Source: an uncultured Chloroflexia bacterium
GTDB lineage: Bacteria; Chloroflexota; Limnocylindria; Limnocylindrales; CSP1-4
Direction of reading: 5' to 3'
Length of the DNA: 64,000 bases
Assembly (NCBI GenBank): GCA_963749705.1
Contig: CAVVNQ010000003.1
Coordinates: 224,001-288,000, forward strand
Part shown: positions 43,449 to 52,519 of the stretch, in pieces
How positions within the stretch are numbered: position 1 is the first letter of the stretch
Layout: every line of letters begins with the position of its first letter
Made by a program: the position numbers and the translations under genes
Notes under the pieces: generated by a model
The model's input: the letters and a program-made list of their open reading frames with translations, nothing else
Database searches by the model: none
Told to the model about the DNA's origin: nothing

Positions 43449-45716
43449 TCACCGGGCGCTCGCCTCGGCCTCGGCCTCGCTCGGCGGGAGCACGCCGCGC
43501 AGCGCCTCCTCGAGGCGTCGCGGCATCCACCAGTTCCAGCGGCCGAGCAGGCGCATCGTGGCCGGGACGAGGAGCGCCCGGACCACCGTGGCATCGAGCG
43601 CGACGGCGATCGCCACGCCCAGTCCGAGCGCCTTGATCAGCACCATGTCGGCGAACGCGAACGAACCGGCGACGACCACCACGACCAGCGCGGCCGAGCT
43701 CACGATCCGACCGCTGCGCTCGAGGCCGCTGGCGACGGCCTCGGTGTTATCGCCGGTCCGGACCCAGGCCTCCTTCATCCGGGTGAGCAGGAACACCTCA
43801 TAGTCCATCGACAGCCCGAACAGGACGCAGAACAGGATCACCGGCTGGGTGGTCTCGACGAAGCCGAGCGGCTGGAAGCCCAGGATCGCAGACAGGTTCC
43901 CGTCCTGGAAGATCCAGACCAGCGCGCCGAAGCTGGCCACGATCGAGAGCGTGTTCATCACCAGCGCCTTGATCGGCAGAACGATCGAGCGCAGCAGGAC
44001 GAACAGCACCAGGAACGTGCTGATGACGATGAACGCGGCCGTGCGCGGGAAGTCGCTCCACACCCGGGACACCACGTCGTCGACCTCGGCCGCCCCGCCG
44101 CCCACCAGGACCGACATTCCCGCCGGCGGGGCCAGGACGCTGGTCGGGTCGCGCAGCTCACGGACCAGGGCGCGGCCCTCCTCGCGATTGGGGCCGAACG
44201 GCGTGTACACGGTGAGCGCCGTGAGGTCGCCCGACGTCGTCGCCTGGAGCGTGGCGGCGACGAACCGGTCCGGCGGACCCGAGGGGGCCGAATACATGAG
44301 CTGGTACTGGGCGAGCGTCAGCCGTGGATCGACGTCGACCATGCCCGCCACGCGCGTGACCCGCGGGTCGGCGGCCAGGCGCCGCGAGTAGTCGAACAGC
44401 CGGGCGACGTTGGCCGGGCTCGTCGCGTCACCGGTGGTCCTCACGGCGATCACGAGCGGCGCGAACTCGCCCTCGCCGAACGTGCCGGCCAGGATGTCGT
44501 AGGCCTCGCGCGACGGCACGGACGGCGGCAGGATCGTCGCGTCGGGGGCGTTGAACCGGACGTGGAGGAACGGGACGCCGAGCACCACCAGGACGGCGAG
44601 CGTGGGGAGCAGGACCCGGACGGGCTGGCGCATCACGCGTCGTGCGAGGCGAGACCACGGGCCAGTGGCGCCGGGCTGGACCGTGACGCGTCGGACGGCG
44701 AGGAGGTCGATCCTCGGCCCGACGATGGCGAGGATCGCCGGCAGCAGGGTGAGCGCCGCCGCAACCGCCAGCCCGACCACGATCGCGCCGGCGATGCCGA
44801 CCGAGCGCAGGATCATGAACTCGAACAGCACCAGGCCCAGGAGGCCCAGCAGGACGGTGAGCCCCGAGAAGAACACCGCGCGGCCGGCCGTGGCGACGGT
44901 CACCCGGACCGCCTCGGCCACCCGATCGGGGCCGGTCCGACGCGCCAGCTCCTCGCGGAACCTGCTGGTCATCAGCAGCGAGTAGTCCACGCCCAGCCCC
45001 AGGCCGAGGAGCGTCGCCAGGTTGAGCACGAAGATGCTCATCGGCGTCAGCGAGGCGACGACGAAGATGCCGGCCAGCGCGACGAGCACGGCCGCACCGC
45101 CCACGGCGAGGGGGATGGCGGCGGCGATCACGGAGCCGAACACGAGCAGCAGCGCCAGCGCGGCCAGGGGCAGGCTGATGTACTCGCTGCGTCGGAGGTC
45201 GGTCTCGGTCACCGACTGGACGTCGCCATAGAATGCCGGGCCGCCCCCGATCCTGACGGTGAGGCCCGGGACCTGGTGCAGGCGCGCCTCGACGGGTGGG
45301 ATGGCGTCAGGCGAGTCGTCGGGCGGGAGGTCCAGGAACACGACGTCGTACGCGGTATGCCCGTCCGCTGAGACCTGGCCGGGCGTCAGCACGTGGCTCA
45401 GGATCCGGGTCACGTGCGGCGCCGTTGCGACATCGCGCGTCGCGGCCGCGACCGCGGCCGTCCAGCCGGGCGTGCCGGCGGTCAGGGTGTCCGACGTGTA
45501 CACGAGCACGAACGCCGATGGGTCGGTGCCGAGCTCTTCCTGGAGCACCTGTCGCGCACGCGCCGATTCGAGGTCATCGAGCGTGAACCCGCCGGCCGAC
45601 AGCACGCCCGGAGCCCGAGGGGCGAACGGCACGGCGAGCAGGATCAGCGCCGCCCACGCCGCGACGATCCACCAGCGGCGGCGGACCGCGAAGCGGCCGA
45701 GGCGATCAAAGGTCAT
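43449..45716 (-). CDS. MMPL family RND transporter
   Basis: GLGVDYSLL, RFREEL, TAGRAVFFSG, FGLSMDYEVFL, DATVVR.LLVPA. Confidence 0.93.
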   Translation of the reverse strand: MTFDRLGRFAVRRRWWIVAAWAALILLAVPFAPRAPGVLSAGGFTLDDLESARARQVLQEELGTDPSAFVLVYTSDTLTAGTPGWTAAVAAATRDVATAPHVTRILSHVLTPGQVSADGHTAYDVVFLDLPPDDSPDAIPPVEARLHQVPGLTVRIGGGPAFYGDVQSVTETDLRRSEYISLPLAALALLLVFGSVIAAAIPLAVGGAAVLVALAGIFVVASLTPMSIFVLNLATLLGLGLGVDYSLLMTSRFREELARRTGPDRVAEAVRVTVATAGRAVFFSGLTVLLGLLGLVLFEFMILRSVGIAGAIVVGLAVAAALTLLPAILAIVGPRIDLLAVRRVTVQPGATGPWSRLARRVMRQPVRVLLPTLAVLVVLGVPFLHVRFNAPDATILPPSVPSREAYDILAGTFGEGEFAPLVIAVRTTGDATSPANVARLFDYSRRLAADPRVTRVAGMVDVDPRLTLAQYQLMYSAPSGPPDRFVAATLQATTSGDLTALTVYTPFGPNREEGRALVRELRDPTSVLAPPAGMSVLVGGGAAEVDDVVSRVWSDFPRTAAFIVISTFLVLFVLLRSIVLPIKALVMNTLSIVASFGALVWIFQDGNLSAILGFQPLGFVETTQPVILFCVLFGLSMDYEVFLLTRMKEAWVRTGDNTEAVASGLERSGRIVSSAALVVVVVAGSFAFADMVLIKALGLGVAIAVALDATVVRALLVPATMRLLGRWNWWMPRRLEEALRGVLPPSEAEAEASAR

Positions 45717-45936
45717 CGGTGGTCCCGTGCGGCGTGGGCACCCGGCGGGTCAGGGGTTCATGGCGGTGCAGACAACATGCGTTTGCCGGGTAGCATGTTA
45801 TCCCGTGACCGTCCGGCGTGCGCGATGCCACTCCCGGTGACACGATGCCTCCCGCGCGGCGCGTTCTGCTAGCATCCAGAAACCGCCATCCCGTCCCCCG
45901 TGACGCCAATTCGTTCTCCCGTCCGAGGACCTCCGC

Positions 45937-46272
45937 GTGACGATCTTCACGATCTGGTTCCAGAACTTCCCCAACAACCTGGTCATCCTCGTGGCCGCGA
46001 CGACCATCGCCGCCGGGTTCGTGTTCGTGTTCGCCCGTTCCGCCATGGTCGCCGAAGGGGGCCGGCAGGGATGGGTTCGCCGGATCACGGGTCCCAACGC
46101 CAAGCTGCTGTTCGCGACCCTGTTCGTCCTGTGGGCCGTGGTGTTCGGCGTCGGGCTGCAGCTGGTGCCGCACGAGGGCGCGAGCTCGCCGTACGGCGGC
46201 CTCGGGCTGATCGCGCTGTTCAGCGGCTTCTTCATCATGATGGGCCTGATCTGGAGCGTGATCGGCGACTAG
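45937..46272 (+). CDS. Hypothetical 3-TM membrane protein
   Basis: GAGGA RBS, GC3-rich codons, three hydrophobic segments, hairpin downstream. Confidence 0.7.
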   Translation: MTIFTIWFQNFPNNLVILVAATTIAAGFVFVFARSAMVAEGGRQGWVRRITGPNAKLLFATLFVLWAVVFGVGLQLVPHEGASSPYGGLGLIALFSGFFIMMGLIWSVIGD

Positions 46273-46298
46273 GCCACCTCGGCGGCAACGACACGGCA

Positions 46299-46322
46299 GA
46301 GGCCCGGCTTGCGCCGGGCCTC
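46299..46322. terminator. Hairpin between convergent genes
   Basis: GAGGCCCGGC-TTGC-GCCGGGCCTC. Confidence 0.65.
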
Positions 46323-46345
46323 GTGATTCCGGGCCGAGGGGGCCG

Positions 46346-47005
46346 TCAGGGAAGGGCTGCCACGATCGCCTCGAGCGTGGCCTGGTTGGCCAGGATCACC
46401 TCGAACGCGACATCGCCCTTGGTGTAGAGCACGCCGCCGCCCATGTCGGATCCGAGCGACAGCACCTGCTTGCCGGCCACCGTCGTCGGCGTGAGGTCCG
46501 AAGCTGATCCCCCGGCGAGCAGGTCGAGCGTCTTCGAGGCGTCCAGGCCCCGGATCTGGAGCGCGACCACGATCGCGGGCGAGGTCGGGCTCATCGCCGT
46601 GGCGATGGCCATCCGGACGTCGGCGAGCGTCTTGCCGTTGGCCGAGAGGATCGGGTCGAGGTCACCGGTATCGATGGGCACGCCGACGGCCGACGCGATG
46701 CTCGCCCCGTCGAACGACTGCTTGGTGAACGTCAGGCCGGCGACGGAGCTCGGCAGCATCGCCTCGAGGTCTCCCGCGGCGCCCGGCTGGAAGCTGACCT
46801 CGGGCCCGGACGGTGCCTCGGTTGCCGCCTCCTCGCTGGCGGCGGGCTCGCTCTGGCCGGCGTCCGCGGATGCTGCCGGCGCAGCGGAGGAGCCGGGCGT
46901 CGCGGTCGGTGAGGCGGCGGTCGGTGAGGCGGCCGACGAGCCGCAGGCGCCGACCACCAGCACCAGCCCGACGAGGCCTGCGAGCAGGCGTCGATCGATC
47001 GACAT
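46346..47005 (-). CDS. Hypothetical lipoprotein
   Basis: MSIDRRLLAGLVGLVLVVGAC lipobox, S/P/A-rich linker; AGGAG RBS. Confidence 0.75.
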   Translation of the reverse strand: MSIDRRLLAGLVGLVLVVGACGSSAASPTAASPTATPGSSAAPAASADAGQSEPAASEEAATEAPSGPEVSFQPGAAGDLEAMLPSSVAGLTFTKQSFDGASIASAVGVPIDTGDLDPILSANGKTLADVRMAIATAMSPTSPAIVVALQIRGLDASKTLDLLAGGSASDLTPTTVAGKQVLSLGSDMGGGVLYTKGDVAFEVILANQATLEAIVAALP

Positions 47006-47200
47006 GGCATCACTCCTGCACGACATCGGGGAGAGATGGGTGACGACCGCGCGAGCCCCCGTACCCGGCGTGGCGGACGCCATCCTACCCCGTGGCCGCG
47101 CGGCCGCCCATGGACTCGCGCCGAGGTCTTCGCTATGATCGAACGCCATGCACTATGAATAGGTTCTATGCATTGCGGCGGGCGACGATGGAGGTGTTCG

Positions 47201-48772
47201 ATGGAGACTGAGGCGCGGGCGCAGCGGCCTGTCGGGCACCTGGCGGTGGGCGATGACGCCGCACCGTACGTCAACCACCGGGACCCCGCTCGACGGCTCG
47301 GACCCGACGGCAAGCTCGCGGTCAGCCGCCGGGCGCCGCGCTGGGAGGACGTGCCCGACGAGAAGTGGAACGACTGGCGCTGGCAGCTGTCGAACCGCGT
47401 CAACGACCTGGCCGACGTCGAGCAGATCCTGGAGCTGACGGACGAGGAGCGTGAGGGCCTGTCCGCGCCCGACAAGTTCCGGGTGGACGTCACGCCCTAC
47501 TTCATCAGCCTGATCGACCCCAGGGACCCGAACGACCCCATTCGCCGGCAGATCATCCCGCTTGGTCGCGAGGTGCGCTCGTTCACCGGGATGATGGAGG
47601 ACAGCCTCGCCGAGGACCGCCACTCGCCGGTCCCGGGCCTGGTCCACCGATATCCGGACCGTGTCCTGATGCTGATCACGACGCAGTGCGCGAGCTACTG
47701 CCGGTACTGCACGCGGAGCCGGATCGTCGGCGACCCGACGCAGAACTTCAACCGCAAGGAGCACGAGGCGCAGCTGGACTACATCCGGCGCACGCCGCAG
47801 ATCCGCGATGTCCTCATCTCGGGCGGGGATGGCCTCACGCTGGCGCCGAAGCTGCTCGAGTCCGCGATCCGCGGCCTGCGCGACATCCCGCACGTCGAGA
47901 TCATCCGGATCGGTTCCCGGGTCCCGGTGTTCCTGCCCCAGCGGATCGACGACGAGCTGTGTGAGATGCTCGCGCAGTACCACCCGCTGTGGCTGAACAT
48001 CCACGTCAACCACCCCAACGAGATCACGCCCGAGGTCGCCCGCGCCTGCGACAAGCTGAGCCGGGCCGGGATCCCGCTGGGCAACCAGTCCGTGCTGCTG
48101 GCGGGCATCAACGACTGCGTCCACATCCAGCGCGACCTCGTCCAGCGCCTCGTCGAGAACCGGGTTCGTCCGTACTACATCTACCAGTGCGACCTGGTCG
48201 AGGGCGCCGGGCACTTCCGGACGCCGGTCGGCAAGGGCCTGGAGATCATGGAGGGGCTTCGGGGCCACACGTCGGGCTACGCGGTGCCCCAGTACATCAT
48301 CGACGCGCCCGGCGGCGGCGGGAAGATCCCGGTCATGCCCAACTACATGGTCAGCTACTCGGACCACAAGGTGATCCTTCGCAACTACGAGGGGTACATC
48401 ACCACGTACGAGGAACCTGCCGAGTACACCCCCCACGACAGCTCGACGTGCAGCTTCTGCCAGAACCCCCGCCCGGAGCCGGGCCAGGAGGGGATCACAG
48501 CGTTGCTGGACGGCAAGCGGATGTGGATCGAGCCGGCGGGCTTCGAGCAGGTGCACGACCGGGGAGCGACCGAGACCCACCGCCTCAAGGACCCGTCGAA
48601 ATGGGTTCCCTACGGCGTCGGGGCGATCGAGGGCAGGCCTGCCGATGGCGGCCAGCTGCCGGTGCTCGAGTCGCTGGCCGGGGAGTCCGCGACGCGCGAG
48701 TTCGGTCCCGGCGAGGAGCCCCGCCCCGCTGACGGCCAGCCGTCGGCAACCGCGAACCACGAGCTGCTCTGA
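47201..48772 (+). CDS. kamA: Lysine 2,3-aminomutase (radical SAM, PLP)
   Basis: WNDWRWQL, HRYPDRVL, CASYCRYC, SGGD, NQSVLL, YQCD, IDAPGGGGK; GGAGG RBS. Confidence 0.9.
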   Translation: METEARAQRPVGHLAVGDDAAPYVNHRDPARRLGPDGKLAVSRRAPRWEDVPDEKWNDWRWQLSNRVNDLADVEQILELTDEEREGLSAPDKFRVDVTPYFISLIDPRDPNDPIRRQIIPLGREVRSFTGMMEDSLAEDRHSPVPGLVHRYPDRVLMLITTQCASYCRYCTRSRIVGDPTQNFNRKEHEAQLDYIRRTPQIRDVLISGGDGLTLAPKLLESAIRGLRDIPHVEIIRIGSRVPVFLPQRIDDELCEMLAQYHPLWLNIHVNHPNEITPEVARACDKLSRAGIPLGNQSVLLAGINDCVHIQRDLVQRLVENRVRPYYIYQCDLVEGAGHFRTPVGKGLEIMEGLRGHTSGYAVPQYIIDAPGGGGKIPVMPNYMVSYSDHKVILRNYEGYITTYEEPAEYTPHDSSTCSFCQNPRPEPGQEGITALLDGKRMWIEPAGFEQVHDRGATETHRLKDPSKWVPYGVGAIEGRPADGGQLPVLESLAGESATREFGPGEEPRPADGQPSATANHELL

Positions 48773-48826
48773 GGGTCCCCGACTCGACGGCGCCGCGCCG
48801 GGCCGGTCGCGCGACGCCTGGCGTGC

Positions 48827-49462
48827 CTAGAGGAGCTGGCGCCTGAGGGTGTCCGCCACCCAGTCGCGGAACGCCGCCGGCGTCCACCCGCGCTCCGTGA
48901 CCAGCCGCACGTACAGGCTCGGGTCGTTGAGCAGCCACACGACATCGGCCGCCGCCTCCGGATCCAGGCCCTCGCGGATCCCGCCACGTTCGATCGCGAA
49001 CCGGACGATGTTGGCGGCACCGACGCGTCGCTCGTCCTGGATCTTGTTCCACACCTGACGCACGTCGGCATCGGCGCCGGCGGCGCCACGGATGGCGTCC
49101 GTGATGGCACCGAGCCGGCCGGCCACGATGGCCACCAGGTCCGCGTACGCATCGAGCATCCCCTCCGCGGTGGTCGCGCGACGCACGGCCTGGGCCCAGG
49201 GTCGCTGCGGCATCGGCACCGGCTCGTCATCACCGACCAGGGCGACGTCGTAGGCGGTCTTGAGGAGCGTCGGCTTCCCGCCGACCGAGGTGAACACGGT
49301 GGCGCGGCTGACCCCGGCCGCCTGCGCGATCTCGTCGATCGAGGTCGCCACGAAGCCCTTCTCGACGAACAGCCGCGTGGCGGCGTCGATCACCTCGCGC
49401 CGTGTGGCCGCCGCCTGTGCGCGACGCAGCGGAGAGTCGTAGGCGCGGGTGCTTGACATCAT
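48827..49462 (-). CDS. TetR/AcrR family transcriptional regulator
   Basis: AATRLFVEKGFVATSIDEIAQAAGVSRATVF HTH. Confidence 0.9.
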   Translation of the reverse strand: MMSSTRAYDSPLRRAQAAATRREVIDAATRLFVEKGFVATSIDEIAQAAGVSRATVFTSVGGKPTLLKTAYDVALVGDDEPVPMPQRPWAQAVRRATTAEGMLDAYADLVAIVAGRLGAITDAIRGAAGADADVRQVWNKIQDERRVGAANIVRFAIERGGIREGLDPEAAADVVWLLNDPSLYVRLVTERGWTPAAFRDWVADTLRRQLL

Positions 49463-49465
49463 CGC

Positions 49466-49501
49466 TAGAGTAGCAGTCAAACGATCAGACTAACAGTCTG
49501 A
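49466..49501. promoter_or_regulatory. Putative TetR operators
   Basis: Perfect palindrome TCAGACT-AAC-AGTCTGA (49485-49501) plus degenerate copy TAGAGTAGCAGTCAA 20 nt upstream, between divergent genes. Confidence 0.75.
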
Positions 49502-49519
49502 CGAATATGCGAGGAGGCG

Positions 49520-49969
49520 ATGACCGCCATGACGTCCCCCGAAGCGCCGCTCGCCGCGATCGAGCGGCTCCGCTCGGCCATGAACGCGCACGATCTCGAG
49601 GCCCTGGTCGCCTGCTTCGCGGATGACTGCGTGAGCGAGCATCCCTGCCATCCCGACCGAAGCTTCGCGGGTGCCGACCAGGTCCGCCGAAACTGGACCC
49701 AGATCCTGGGAGGCGTCCCGGATCTCAAGGCCGCCCTCGTGTCGAGCCGCACCGACGACGATCGCGTGTGGTGCGAGTGGGAGTGGTCGGGAACCCGGCG
49801 AGACGGCGTGCCGCACCTCATGCGCGGAACGACGATCACCACCGTCGACGAGCGGGGATTGATCGCCAACACCCGCTTCTACATGGAACCGGTCATCCGC
49901 GACGGTGTCGACGTCGATTCGCAGATCCAGCGGGCCATGCAGGGCGGTGCGGCAGGGCCGGCGCGATGA
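49520..49969 (+). CDS. SnoaL/NTF2-like protein
   Basis: AMNAHDLEALVACFADD, HP.RSF.G..QVRRNW, WCEWEW; GAGGAGG RBS. Confidence 0.85.
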   Translation: MTAMTSPEAPLAAIERLRSAMNAHDLEALVACFADDCVSEHPCHPDRSFAGADQVRRNWTQILGGVPDLKAALVSSRTDDDRVWCEWEWSGTRRDGVPHLMRGTTITTVDERGLIANTRFYMEPVIRDGVDVDSQIQRAMQGGAAGPAR

Positions 49970-50883
49970 TCGCGATCGCCGGTGGCACCGGCCGCCTGGG
50001 CGCCGAGCTTGCCGCGCGTCTGGTCGAACGTGGACTCCAGGTGCGCATCCTCGCCCGCGATCCGTCTCGCGTTCCGGAGCCGCTCCGCGGCCGGACCGAG
50101 GTCGTGCGCGCAGACGTTCGAGATCCGGCAACGCTGGCCGTGGCGCTCGAGGGCGCCGACACCGTGGTCTCGGCGATCACCGGCTTCGGGGGTCCGGGCG
50201 CCGCCGGAGCCCGGGCCGTCGACGGCGACGGAAACATCGCCCTGATCGATGCAGCGGAGGCCGCGGGCGCACGGCACTTCGTCCTGCTGTCCGTCCGGAG
50301 CGCGGCGCCCGACGCTCCGGTGCGGCTGTTCCGCGAGAAGCACCGGGCCGAGCAGCGGCTCGGTGCGTCCCGCATGACCGGGACCATCATCCGGCCGACG
50401 GCGTACATGGAGACGTGGCTCGACCTCATGGGCCTGCCGCTGGTCACCACCGGCAGGACGCGGATCTTCGGCCGCGGACGCAACCCCATGAACTTCGTGT
50501 CGGCGTCGGACGTCGCCGCCATCGCCGAGCTCGCGCTGACGGATCCCTCGCTGCAGGGAACCGTGATCGACGCGATCGGCCCCGAGAACCTGACCATGAA
50601 CGAGCTCGTCGAGACCGTCCGGCGCGTCACCGGTGCCGCCGGCCGCGTCGATCACGCAAGCCCGGGCATGATGCGCGTCCTGGCGGCGGTGCTGCGGTTC
50701 GCGAAGCCGATCCTCGCCGACCAGGTACGGGCGGGTCTGCTGATGGACACCGCGGACATGCGCGTCGATCCCCGGGACGGTCGCTCGCGGTTCCCGTCGG
50801 TCCCGATGACGACGCTCGAAGCCGTCGCGCGGCGCCGGCTCCCGCAGGCCGCCGGAGCCGCAACCGCTCCGACCCCCGGTTGA
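49966..50883 (+). CDS. NmrA-like atypical SDR NAD(P)H-binding protein
   Basis: IAGGTGRLG, RILARD, GNIALIDAA, K..AE, IIRPTAYME; ATGA overlap. Confidence 0.85.
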   Translation: MIAIAGGTGRLGAELAARLVERGLQVRILARDPSRVPEPLRGRTEVVRADVRDPATLAVALEGADTVVSAITGFGGPGAAGARAVDGDGNIALIDAAEAAGARHFVLLSVRSAAPDAPVRLFREKHRAEQRLGASRMTGTIIRPTAYMETWLDLMGLPLVTTGRTRIFGRGRNPMNFVSASDVAAIAELALTDPSLQGTVIDAIGPENLTMNELVETVRRVTGAAGRVDHASPGMMRVLAAVLRFAKPILADQVRAGLLMDTADMRVDPRDGRSRFPSVPMTTLEAVARRRLPQAAGAATAPTPG

Positions 50884-50948
50884 CCGCAGGGAGGGACTCT
50901 CGCGGCACACAGGGATTCTCACGGGCGGCCCGCGTATGCTAGCCTTCC

Positions 50949-50973
50949 AATCCCGACCAATCCACTCGGATAT
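50949..50973. promoter_or_regulatory. Putative Rrf2 (IscR type-1/CymR-like) operator
   Basis: AATCCCGACCAATCCACTCGGATAT matches 19/25 of recalled consensus ATASYYGACTRWWWYAGTCRRSTAT; just after TATGCT -10 (50935-50940). Confidence 0.6.
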
Positions 50974-50996
50974 GCGATGCCCACCCACCAGACCGC

Positions 50997-51455
50997 ATGG
51001 CCAACCCGCTGACCGCCGAGCCCGGCGTGATCGGCAACCGTCCGGCGCCGGACGGGATGCCCGATCCCGGCATCCAGCCGCCGTCGATCGCCGAGGCCGG
51101 TGACCCGTTCAGCGCGCTGCGCATCGTCGACCTCGTCGCCCGGATCGATCGCGGTCACCCGGTGCGCATCGACGACCTGGTGGACAGGCTCAATGCAACG
51201 TACCTCGACTGGCTGTTCACGCGATCGGTGGTGGTCGACACGCTGATCGCCCTCCAGGCGAACTGGATGGCCGACTATCGCAACGCCTCCGGGATCGTGC
51301 TCGAGGACGGCGGCCCGTACGGCGCCACCGTCACCATCGAGGACTCCAGCCGCGTTGACCCGTGGATCGTCCGCCAGGCGAACCGCGAGGCGACCGAGTG
51401 CCGGGCCCGCCTGGCCGAGTTCGCCCGGCGCGACCGCCCGTCAGGCGGTGGCTGA
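50997..51455 (+). CDS. Hypothetical protein, possible winged-helix
   Basis: GC3-rich 152-aa ORF; ALRIVDLVARIDRGHPVRIDDLVDRLN resembles wHTH N-termini. Confidence 0.7.
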   Translation: MANPLTAEPGVIGNRPAPDGMPDPGIQPPSIAEAGDPFSALRIVDLVARIDRGHPVRIDDLVDRLNATYLDWLFTRSVVVDTLIALQANWMADYRNASGIVLEDGGPYGATVTIEDSSRVDPWIVRQANREATECRARLAEFARRDRPSGGG

Positions 51456-51634
51456 GATGCACGTCCGTGGACATCGCTGCGCGTGTCCGAGGCGGGCCCG
51501 GTCCCGACCGGCCGTTCGCCCGCCGACCTGATCCCGCCGCTCCGGACCGGCTCCGCGGCCCCGGTCCCGAGCATCGCCGGCGCTCGTGCGCCGCGGCGCC
51601 GCGTCCCAACGCCAGCACCCAGGAGCTTCACCGC

Positions 51635-52498
51635 ATGTCCGTTCCCGGCTACGCCAAGGACGTCCTCGTCTCCGCCGAGTGGGCGAGGGCCCACCTGGAC
51701 GATCCCGCCGTCCGGTTCGTCGAGGTCGACGTCGACACCACCGCCTACGACCAGAGCCATATTCCCGGCGCCGTCGCCTGGAGCTGGACCAGCCAGCTGT
51801 CCGACGGTGTCCGGCGCGACATCGCCACGCCCGACGAGTTCAGCGCCCTGCTGAGCGCGAGCGGCATCGGACCCGATACCACGGTGGTCCTGTACGGCGA
51901 CAACAACAACTGGTTCGCCGCCTGGGCGTACTGGCAGCTCAAGCTCTACGGACACGACCGGGCGCGGCTGCTCAACGGTGGTCGCCGGTACTGGCTGGAC
52001 CAGAACCTCCCGCTGTCCACCGAGGTTCCCTCGTACCCCGCGACCGGCTACCGGCTGGGCTCGCTCGACCTCTCGATCCGGGCGTTCCGTGACGACATCC
52101 TGCCCCGCCTCGGCGACCCGCAGCTGGCCCTCGTCGACGTCCGCTCACCCGCCGAGTACAACGGCGAGGTCATCGCCCCGCCGGGCATGACCGAGACGGC
52201 CCAGCGCGGCGGCCACATCCCGGGTGCCGCCTCGATCCCGTGGGCGCAGACCGTGCGCGAGGACGGCACCTTCAAGAGCACCGACGAGCTCGAGGCGCTG
52301 TACGGCGCCAAGGGGGTGACCAGGGATCGCGACGTGATCGCGTACTGCCGGATCGGTGAGCGGTCCTCGCACACGTGGTTCGTGCTCCGTGAGCTGCTCG
52401 GGTTCGAACGGGTGCGCAACTACGACGGATCGTGGACCGAGTGGGGCTCGATGGTCGGCGTGCCGATCGAGAAGGGCGCCGCCGGGGCGACCGGCTAG
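51635..52498 (+). CDS. Tandem-rhodanese sulfurtransferase (CysA2/SseA-like)
   Basis: HIPGAV, DNNNWFAA, DVRSPAEY, active-site YCRIGERS, YDGSWTEWG; AGGAG RBS. Confidence 0.93.
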   Translation: MSVPGYAKDVLVSAEWARAHLDDPAVRFVEVDVDTTAYDQSHIPGAVAWSWTSQLSDGVRRDIATPDEFSALLSASGIGPDTTVVLYGDNNNWFAAWAYWQLKLYGHDRARLLNGGRRYWLDQNLPLSTEVPSYPATGYRLGSLDLSIRAFRDDILPRLGDPQLALVDVRSPAEYNGEVIAPPGMTETAQRGGHIPGAASIPWAQTVREDGTFKSTDELEALYGAKGVTRDRDVIAYCRIGERSSHTWFVLRELLGFERVRNYDGSWTEWGSMVGVPIEKGAAGATG

Positions 52499-52519
52499 CG
52501 CGTCGGGGGCGACCTCGCC

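Noticed and set aside
45775-45800. GGCAAAC on the minus strand suggesting a c-di-GMP-I riboswitch
   Set aside because: Second GCAAA element and P2 architecture not found
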